Source: Sphyrna mokarran
Taxonomy: Eukaryota
Reading direction: 5' to 3'
DNA: 64,000 nucleotides
NCBI GenBank assembly: GCA_024679065.1
Contig: JAGIQG010000009.1
Span: forward strand, 100,936,001 to 101,000,000
In this document: piece after piece, positions 55,001-64,000 of the stretch
Layout: every line of letters starts with the position of its first letter
How positions within the stretch are numbered: the stretch's first letter is position 1
The notes under the pieces: generated by a model
Told to the model about the DNA's origin: nothing
Databases searched by the model: none
What the model saw: the letters and a program-made list of their open reading frames with translations, nothing else
Position numbers and translations under genes: made by a program

Positions 55001-55903
55001 ACTATTGTTGATGGGCATCAGAACTCAATTTACGTTCAGCAAACTTCTGGCACGTGGGTAGAGTAACCGATATCCAGTAGCTGCTGCCAGAGTTTCTATC
55101 ATTCGCAATAAGATCTGCTTTTAAGACTTCTCAAAAGACCAGTCTGCAAAAAATGAATGAATTGAAAATAGTTTCCATGGTTCGCTCTTGCTAATGATGA
55201 ACAAAAATAGATGACGTTTAAATACAACTTGCACGTTCTGGGAAAATGCAAAAAAAAAACATTGACGCCAAATATTAATCTTGTACAATTTGAAATGTAT
55301 CTTCTGTTCAAGAGGATTATCTAAGTTTATCACGGTAATTGATTTTAAATTGAATTTGGCTATATTTAAGTGCAATTATAAATTATTTGGCCTTTTTAGT
55401 CCCCTGTTTGTAGAATTCTATGCAGATATCTTCCTCGTTTGGACGGGATGCCAGGACTTTGCCATTGACATCAAAGTAACTGCACGACTGATGATTCTAT
55501 TGATTTGACCGCATATCTTGATTCCCTGCATGAGAAGATATATTCTGCTGACAGCGCTCATTTCTTGTGAGCATATGTTTTACAGGTCAGGTAAGTTTTA
55601 TTTTTCTTTGACCCGTTACGGTTGGTACGGTTGGCGTGATTCATCAATTTAGTTTCCTGCTTATTAATCCTTCCATTCAACTATCTATTGTTTCCTAAAG
55701 ATGAATTCACATGACACTTTAGTGCGATTAGTATATTATGTTCACATGAAACAGTATGATCATGAGATATGGTCTACTTTAGGACAATTGGCGTTAGAGA
55801 AACGTGCTGATCGTGCTTTTATCCACGACACAAAAATAAGCTTTCCAAGGATTCTTTGAGTGGACTACATTTCCATGTTCTTTTTTTTTTTGTCAAATCG
55901 TAC

Positions 55904-55932
55904 CTCTGCTTTATCACCAATTTTTTTTTCCT
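55904..55932 (-). pseudogene. 29-nt class-B-like exon homologue that breaks the frame, (E)EKKIGDKAE
   Basis: ctttatcttttaccgcaacag|AGGAAAAAAAAATTGGTGATAAAGCAGAG|gtacga; its 3' end resembles GATAAAGAAAGAG|gtacat of exon 60263-60289, but the length is not a multiple of 3. Confidence 0.5.
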
Positions 55933-55940
55933 CTGTTGCG

Positions 55941-56517
55941 GTAAAAGATAAAGTATGTTTGAAGTACGCTTGCTCTAAGAGTGAAAAGCTGATCTCGACA
56001 CGTTTTGACATTTTGCCCCCCATGGAACTCAGCAAACGCATTAGTAAATTTGTGAGTTCACATTTGTTATTTTAGTTATTGTTGAAATTTTCGCAATTTT
56101 CAACAACAATGAATTTCATATCTAACATGATGTAACGTTTTGTGCAAACAAACTTACAAAGAGAAAGATACTTTTTCACATTTGTATAGAAACACATACA
56201 AGCACGAATAAAATATTAATTTAATAGTGGAAAAGGTGGAGTATGTTTGAAATACACTTGTTCTAAGACTGAAAAGATAATCTCGACACATTTTAATTCC
56301 CCCCCCCCCCCAATGAAACATAGCGGACGCATTACTAAATTTGTGACTACACATTTGCTATTTTAGATATTGCTGATTTTTTTTGTTGCAATTTTCGACA
56401 GCGATGCATTTCATACATAATATGATATAGGTTTCTGTGCACACAAACTTACAGAAACACACTGTTGCACATTCATACAAAAAATACATGCTCAAACGGA
56501 AATATTAATTTAATAGT
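55941..56517. repeat. Two-unit tandem duplication, period about 288 bp
   Basis: gtatgtttgaagtacgcttgctctaagagtgaaaagctgatctcgacac (about 55953) versus gtatgtttgaaatacacttgttctaagactgaaaagataatctcgacac (about 56241); both units end aatattaatttaatagt. Confidence 0.88.
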
Positions 56518-57432
56518 TTTCGAAATTGAATATTGGATCTCACACCCCGCTGACGAAGAACACGCCAAAAGTTGGGGTATGCAAGAGTTATGTTCGATCA
56601 GATGAATACGTCTAACGGCAACGCGGCTTCCTTTAGTACTATATTAGACGGTTTGATTGTGATTTGCAGAAAAAGTGGAAAGCACCCGAAGCAGAAGCAA
56701 TCACAGGATGGATAATTTTGAAAAGAGAGGAGCAGACGTTAAATTGATGCAGTAACGTCCGTAGCAAGGGACAGCAAACTAGAGGATAGAAAAAAAAACG
56801 ACAAAGATGTGTTTGGTGATAGCAATTGATATGAAAGTTCTCAAGAAGAGAAACCTGGAGCGAACAGAAATAAGTGCAGTGGAAAAATCTACCCCTGCCT
56901 GAGAGGTAACGGGACAGCAGATGATGCTTGTGGATTCGTAATACATATTTCATTATGCCTGTCGCTGAGAGTGTGAAGGGCAGATGGGAAGAAAAGGTTA
57001 CTAATGGTTCACTGAGTGCAAGTTCACAACTGTTTTTGTTGCCAATTGACTAGTCAAGGACTCTTAAAACAACTGTAAAAATAATTTAAAAGAACTCTAC
57101 CGAATGACACTTCAGTAATATACGCTGGCAGAAACAAATAATTGTTTATTTACTTCATGGCAAAAATCGTGCAGTTTTCAAATCATCGGAGATAGAACAT
57201 TGTTTCAAAATGCGCGTCAGAACTTGCAATAATCCTGACTCAACAGACGAATGGGAAATACCTTGGAAGCTTAAATTCCTGTTAAGAAGGTTCCCAGCAT
57301 CACTGAATGGTAAACAATGTGTGCAGGCCTGACCTTAATGGAGAAACTTTGGTTAAACTGGTAGCAGTTACCTGAATACTTACCTAGGAAATATTTGACA
57401 ATTGTGTATCCAGTCAAAGAATTGCTTAAGAT

Positions 57433-57570
57433 AACTGAATATCAAAACTGGATGATTCGGTCTCTCCCTTGCCATTCAACGACATGGCTATGCCAAACAA
57501 TTGGCTGAGAGAACTGAATGTCAAATCTGGATGATTCGGTCCCTCCCTGGCCATTCAATGGCATGGTTAC
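57433..57570. repeat. Direct repeat of about 58 bp, period 79
   Basis: aactgaatatcaaaactggatgattcggtctctcccttgccattcaa versus aactgaatgtcaaatctggatgattcggtccctccctggccattcaa. Confidence 0.85.
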
Positions 57571-58589
57571 CCAAAATAATCGATGAACAATCACATCCTG
57601 ACTGTCATCCGGACAAGGTGGCTAACTGTAGAACATGAACAACGTGCAACAAAAGAATCACAAGCAAACATGGCTTGAGACAACTAATTTCCAGTTTCAC
57701 GCTTGCTGAGCAGAATACTGAGCAGAATGCTGAGCAGAGATATCACTCCTCAAAGAGCAGAATAATTTATGGCCACCGAACGACTCCACAGTGAAGCCGA
57801 CGGTCCCTTACTATTTGTGACAAAAAAACACCGAGGGCTCAACACTCACTGTATTTGCAAAAGGCCCAGAAGACCAAATAAACCACTCTAATCACGTTAA
57901 AATACTTTTCTGTCCGAGCTCAGGACCCCACATCTAATCGTGAAAATCACGAAACTAAATTCAGAAAGAAGTGTTACCATTCAAATTACACGTGCTACCA
58001 AGATCAAATACGTCACATGCAATTATCTATCCTTTGCAAAGTAACCAAATGCATGGGGAGACGTCGACGACCATCTGGTTACACGTGACAAATTAACTAC
58101 TTCAGCGAAACGACCCCAAGAGACCTCCGATCATTGCAAAACGGTCCCAGCCTGCTAACTAACACGATCACCAACGACAAATATCGAGAGATCGTAATCC
58201 CCTCACTGGCAGACCACTTTCCTCCATTTAATCTCCAAATCTCCATGTACATGATTCAACTGGCAGCAGAGAGCTGGCCCAACTAACACGACAATACAAA
58301 ATGTAACTTTCCATCCGCAACTGCCTATCAGTCAACCTGAACCCATCCGACAAATTAGCTATATCCAGCATCATAGCCGAAAAACTCCGAAGCAGAAACG
58401 TCTAACAGCCCTTAGCACACAAGTATAGCAGGATAATGACTGGATGCTCTTCACCTAGCCGAAAATAATGTGGAGAGTATTATCCGCGGATGAGGTGTGT
58501 TTGTGCCTCGTGGAACTGTCTACCCTGCGTACAAGATCCAACTACACACAGGATTTCCCAGCTCTGCACCAAACAAATGACAACCCGCC

Positions 58590-58760
58590 CTTATAAAACA
58601 GCAGATCTTTCATAAACTCAGCAAGTCTGGCAGAGTTTATGTAGAGAAACAGAGTTAACGTTTAGGGTGCAGATGATCCTTCTGTAGTTTTCTCCACAGA
58701 TGATATCAATCCTGTTGGTTTATACAGGATGTTCGGATGTTTTTATTATTTCTTATTTTG
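58590..58760. mobile_element. Short imperfectly palindromic element built from Penelope-type termini
   Basis: aaactcagcaagtctggcag..tgtagagaaacagagttaacgttt followed by ttttctccacagatgat..atcctgttg in the opposite orientation; similar halves at about 27715-27790 and 37300-37390. Confidence 0.5.
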
Positions 58761-59847
58761 AACTTATTTGCTGCATCTCATTTGCCTAAACAGTGAAATC
58801 ACAACAAGTTTGCGGCCGAACTAGTAGTCACCCATCTGCTTACTTACACAGTTAGGAATTTCAATAACCACCCACATACCTAACTTAGTACCCTATTTGC
58901 TTACACGTCAAATTTAATCACCTCGCGCACGGGCACGTATCACTCCAAAACTCATTTTTCTAACTATCCACATCAAAAGTCCAACGAAACAACATTTTCA
59001 TGTTTTCACTGACTACCGGTTGGTTCCTTCAGTCATCTATCTACTAAATCACGAACAGAGCTACATTTATTAAAATGTTCGGAATTTGTCACTTTTACCT
59101 GAATACAACAGCTATTGCAGAAGGATACGATACCCCGTTTTTCCCCCGTTTTTATACGTTTTGGACTTTCCATCGGTACACTGTGCAACACTTTTCTTTA
59201 GTAGCGATCGGAGGATCCTGAAAGGAATGCGCAGAATTATCTGATCGGGAGAAGGAGACTTTAGCGCTGAACAGAGGAGTTATACTGTATTTAAGGGTGG
59301 AATGTGGTCATTTGGATCGTAAATAAGACCTGAATTATATACTGACGCAACGTTGAACATATCGCAATGGCATGCCTCTTCAATTGAACAAGAAGATATA
59401 GGCAAAATAATGCACATTTTGAAAAACAGTTCCCTAGCAATGTACGGACGGATCGTTGCTTTGTTTTACTTCCAGCTCTACCACACATTCAGTGTGCAAT
59501 AGTTCGATCTATGCAGTGGTGACTGTGGTTGGCTCGTGGTGTTGCTAGATCGAGCAGGACAGTTTGCTGAATACCAGGTATATTGTTGCGATTCAGTAGT
59601 TGCAGACGTGTAGGCATGCAAACTAGTTGCATCAGCGGAATTAAGACACCCACGTAAGGAGGCTGAAAATTACTCGTACATTGAACAATTACCCAAAGAC
59701 AATGCCATTAAATTGCATTTTTTTAAAAAAACTTGTATTACAATCAAACGTATATTAAATCACTCGTCAAAGAGGGAACATCCTGCCATGATTTACATTC
59801 ATTATTACAACGATCAATGAAAAATAATCGCTGCTTAGCGAAAACAC

Positions 59848-59883
59848 CTGCGTTTTTCAGACTTTCTTTCAATCTGTCGATTT
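59848..59883 (-). CDS. 36-nt micro-exon (class A), (E)IDRLKESLKNA
   Basis: gtttcctttttgtttcag|AAATCGACAGATTGAAAGAAAGTCTGAAAAACGCAG|gtgttt; phase 1-1, clear heptad pattern. Confidence 0.83.
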
Positions 59884-60262
59884 CTGAAACAAAAAGGAAA
59901 CTGATTAATTCGAATGCAGCAAATCACGTTTTTTAAAAAATTTCACTGGCGGAAGTCGCAGAGGGAAACACAAAACACTGGACAGCTTATTAAAATACAC
60001 AATGTATGGACATGGGCTGTTGCAGTCGCATGCCACATATTCAAGCTTTGATTGACTGTGTTGCTCCCTACTATTCAGAAATCACAATTCACCTTGTATT
60101 CTCGTATTAAGCGCAAATGCGCTGAAGAAAGGAACGTAGAGTGTGTTTATAGCAAAGGACCATTATAATGTGTTAGGTCTTATAACATTGCAAATAGAGA
60201 TAAGAAAATTAACACTAAATATTCTTCGAAAAAATGGCACTCCGCTTCACTTATATATGTAC

Positions 60263-60289
60263 CTCTTTCTTTATCTCGTAGGTCACTAA
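60263..60289 (-). CDS. 27-nt micro-exon (class B), xSDLRDKER
   Basis: gttcatttttgtgaccacag|TTAGTGACCTACGAGATAAAGAAAGAG|gtacat; phase 1-1; paralogue of EDNLRKKER. Confidence 0.82.
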
Positions 60290-61309
60290 CTGTGGTCACA
60301 AAAATGAACAATCTATGAACATCGATTCAATGGCTTGGGCGAGAAAACAATCAACTGCATTGTATTCATGCTTAACAAAAGAAAGAAGTATGACAACAAA
60401 TCGTTACAGAATTGTATTTTGTAACGTAGAAATTAACATTTTGAAATGCTACATTAGAAGAATATGGAAATAGTTAAAATAGAGATAATATTTCGGGCCT
60501 AACTGTTGCAGATGTCTTTAAAGTTTTAGAAAGTCTTTCCAGATCAGTTAAATGCCACTTCTGAGTAAATGCATTTACATTAATACCACTACAAAGAGTA
60601 TATTTAAAATGACATATATATTTGGGTACTTCCATCTTCCCATTGGGAAAAAAAAACATGGATATTAAACGTGTTTGTCTAAAATAATTCGTGAAAGTGA
60701 GACTTTTCGTTGATCCACTTTCGAATTGTAAATATTAAAGTAAACTTTCTCTCAGCAGTTTATTTTGCTCCTCATACTTCTTTCATTCCTGCTTGGATTA
60801 TTTTCAAATTACACTGAATAATCCCCATTGTCTTAATATCATTCAGAACGTTTTCTCTAAAGATGTGCAGATCATCCTGTATGTTTGAGGACACAATATA
60901 ATGCCAAAAATCGATGAACAGATAATGTTTCTTAAATAAATGTTGTTATCTCGAACTATCTGCTCTGATCAACAAACGTATGAACTTGGATCTGTGTCAC
61001 ATAATATTCGGTAAGAATCTGGCAATACCAATTTTAAATCCAAACGATTTATTTAATACTAATTCTGCGAGCTTTCGACTTTTTTGTCTTCGTCAGACAA
61101 ATGCAGTGTTCTGTTCTGCAATAGCACACATATCAGCACAGACAGTCACAGATTGCTGATTAGAATGTGAATCCTTACACCTAACCTGCTATTCAAGTGT
61201 TAAAGTGGCTAACAATGTGTGCGAAGGGAACTCTGAGCATTGGTTAGAGAGATGTTTATTTTCTCCAGACAACACAGTAAGTGAGGTTTTTTGCTAACCC
61301 AGGCAAATC

Positions 61310-61445
61310 ATGGGGGTTACAAATAGTATGACATGAAGCCAAGATCCCTGTTAAGACCGTCCTCATGTGTACAGAACTTGGCTATCAGTCCCTGCTCAGC
61401 GACTCTGCGCTGTTGGGGTGTCATGAAGGCCCCCTTGAAGAACAT
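61310..61445 (-). mobile_element. Penelope-like element C-terminal fragment
   Basis: Reverse complement encodes QRRVAEQGLIAKFCTHEDGLNRDLGFMS, the end of a GIY-YIG domain (GLN motif). Confidence 0.75.
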
Positions 61446-62224
61446 GAAGACGAAAAAGTTGAAAGCTCACAGATTTACTGCCAAATAAATTGGTTGGATT
61501 TAAAATTGGTGTTGCCAGATTCTTACTGAGTTTACCCCAGTCCAACGCCGGCATCTCTACATCATGACGTAATTTTCGGCCATTTCCTTCAAAAAGGAGA
61601 GCTCTTTACTGCCCTCTTCACTAACTTAACATGTAAGTATCTCCCACATTCAAGGAACAATGTATCCCAATTCCAAATATACTTTACATGATTATAAATT
61701 TGGTGCTAGTTTTGGCCTTCCGAAATAGGGGAAATCATGCTTTTGCATCCTTCATATCTCCATTCTCAAAACTGGATGAAGTTATGTCAGTTCTCAAGTT
61801 TGGAATCTCTTTGATACTTGTAAACAACAGTTCTGTAATTATTTGCTTTAACATCTCTAGCGGCTATCTGCATATCGCTAAATGGCGCCAAACAAAGATT
61901 CAGGAACACAATTCAACAAGATTCTTCAAATTCTTCAAACCATGGCAAACGAGGAGAAATGTTGTTCCATTGCCGCACAATAAAACATGGAGAACTGGAT
62001 AACCACTAGAATTCTGGAAATCTGCAAAATCTGGAGATATTGGAAGAAAATGTATTTCCATGAACGTAGCACAGTTTAAAACTGAATGAATACATCCAAC
62101 TTCTCCTCAAACCTCAAACATAACAATTTAGCCGCACTCATCTTTGAACATGTATTCTCGCACAACCTCTGTCACGAAATTCTAACATGCTTTTTGTTAT
62201 TGTTGGTGAATGTTACATTTCTCA

Positions 62225-63385
62225 TCATTGACAAGGTGCCACATAGGAGATGGTTAAATATGTTATAGTGCCTATGTTGTTAAAGGTAAGATCCTGACAT
62301 AGATAGAAGATTGGTTGACTGGTAGAAGACAGGGACTGGGGATAAATTAGTCTTTCTCAGAATGGCAGCCGGTGACTAGCGGTATCCTCAGCAGGAGAGC
62401 AAAGACCACAACATTTCACAATATACATGAGTGATTTGGACGAAAATACGGAAGACAGCGACGCTAAGTTCGCAGATATACAAAGGCAGGTAGAGGGACA
62501 GGTAGTATTGAGTAAGCGGGGGAAAGGGAGGTTGCAGAAATAATTGGACAGGTTTGGAGAGTTGGCAAAGAAGTGACAGATGGAATACAATTGTGGAAAA
62601 TTGTGAGGTTATGCATTTGGAAGGAGGAATGGAGGCATGGACGCGCGGACAATTTTCTAAATGGGAAAATGCTTAGGAAATTAGGAACACAGAGGGACTT
62701 CATTGTTCAGAATTCTCTTAAGATTAGAGCTCAAATTCAGTTTCCAGTTAGGAAGGCAAATGCAATGTTAGCATTCATGTCGAGAGGGCTAGAATACAAG
62801 AAGAGGGATGAACTTTTGAGGCTGTATAAGTCTATTTGGAAATTGTGAGCAGTTGTGCGCCCCACATCTAAGGAAAGATGTGCTGACCTTGGAAAGGGTC
62901 CTCAGGATGTTCACAACAATGATGCTCGGAATGAAGAACTTGTCCTTTGAGGACTTTTGGCGTTTATTCGTTGGTGCTTAAAAGGATGAGGGGAAATCTT
63001 ATTGTAGCTTACCAGATAATGCAAGACTGCATATAGTAGGCGTGGAGAGGAAATTTCCACTAGTCAAAAAAAAAACAGAATCAGAGGGCACAACGTCAGA
63101 CTAAAGCAACAATCCTTTAAATCAGAGATGAGGAGAAATTTATTCACCCAGAGAATGGTAAGTCTGTGGAATCCTTTGCCACAGAGGACTGCGGAGGGCA
63201 GGTTATACAGGTCTTTAAGTTGGAGCTAGTTAGGTTCTTGATTAATAACGGTATCAGTGGTTATGGGGAAAATGCAGGAGAATGGGAATGAGAAAAAAAA
63301 CATGATTGAAGGGCGGACCAGACTCGATGGGACGAGTGGCCTGATTTTGCTCCTATGCCCTTTGCTGTCATGGTCTTATGACCAT
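62225..63385 (+). mobile_element. Degenerate CR1 LINE, RT through to the 3' tail
   Basis: gacaaggtgccacatagg (DKVPH), aagttcgcagat (KFAD), VRKANAMLAFMSRGLEYK...LLRLYK, and tail tcatggtcttatg. Confidence 0.9.
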
Positions 63386-64000
63386 TTTAGCAATGTACCG
63401 AGTTTCGAGTTAATTCGCGACAACTGGCAAAGTATACGACGTTGCAGATAAGTCATAAATCCATGTCAGCAATTTATGCATAGCCGCAGCAAACTATGGA
63501 TACTTGAATGTCTGATTTCTTTATAAAATATATATTCTGATTCCAGACTGCTTTCATAAATTTGGAATGTTTTCAACAAAATCGTATCGTCAATTGTCAT
63601 AACCATCTATTCGCTACACCATCCAGTTCACAAACTGGACGTCAATATACGACTGACTATTGTATTCTCGACTTAGTCGTGATTTTGTCTTGGCTTAAAT
63701 TAACTTCTCGGCAATGAACTTCTATGTATGGTATGCTTGGTAAAACGCTGCAATACTTTTCCTTTGATTTCGGCAGATGGGAAACGAGAATACATTAATC
63801 GCTCACCAAAAAAGAAACATTATCTAGGTTTAGATTGTCCATTCAAGTCATGAAGTGGAATTCGAGCAGAATGGTTTTAGATCAGAGTCTGGGATGTTAC
63901 AAGTTGCTCCAGAAGACAGTTTCATTATTGCTGTTACCAAACTTAAGTTATTTGCAATATCATGCATAGACTACCGAACGCAGTTATATTTTCCCTTACT

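Noticed and set aside
57384-57434. 51-nt open segment with a consensus gtaagt donor
   Set aside because: The acceptor lies within a local direct repeat in probable transposon debris; the peptide is not coiled-coil-like
60093-60121. 29-nt segment with good splice-like sites
   Set aside because: It breaks the frame between two exons that already join well as B followed by A
60778-60813. 36-nt AG..GT segment
   Set aside because: Immediate stop in phase 1; open only in phase 0; weak acceptor
1-64000. Prokaryotic systems (operons, CRISPR arrays), rRNA and bona fide tRNA genes
   Set aside because: No long ORFs or regularly spaced repeat-spacer arrays; the tRNA-like boxes seen are all decayed SINE heads

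Overview
AT-rich, repeat-laden vertebrate genomic DNA. It is most likely from a cartilaginous fish (shark or ray), judging by the HE1-type V-SINEs, a Deu-domain SINE, CR1 LINEs and Penelope elements. The supplied ORF track holds no intact gene: it is retroelement debris or noise. Reading splice signals by eye on the minus strand reveals the middle of a large micro-exon gene. About 19 exons of 15-36 nt, all AG..GT bounded, all multiples of 3 and all open in phase 1-1, are spread over about 60 kb (60289 down to 166). They splice without a stop into about 187 aa of charged heptad-repeat coiled coil: xSDLRDKER-EIDRLKESLKNA-EFKKLLQDT-MRQLLIKDT-EIEKLKEDKQYV-EDNLRKKER-EVDDLKDALKKQ-VDKEK-QHLLDD-EEKIREAKS-EMEQLEAIRRDV-EALLRLKDE-EIRLLRKEL-ELKRPTFRKLQ-SIEASNTALNLK-EKEISEKDA-EIRSLKERLTDA-EIAKIEAFKLDA-EERLRRKDK. 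The basic module is a 36-nt plus a 27-nt exon (21 aa, three heptads). No start, stop or diagnostic domain was found in the window, so the gene is not named. The introns contain a recurring CR1-LINE/HE1-SINE chimeric retroposon, a near-identical local inverted duplication and a tandem duplication next to a frame-breaking exon homologue. Exon coordinates were counted by hand; repeat boundaries are approximate, and repeat family names come from recalled consensus features, not a database search.
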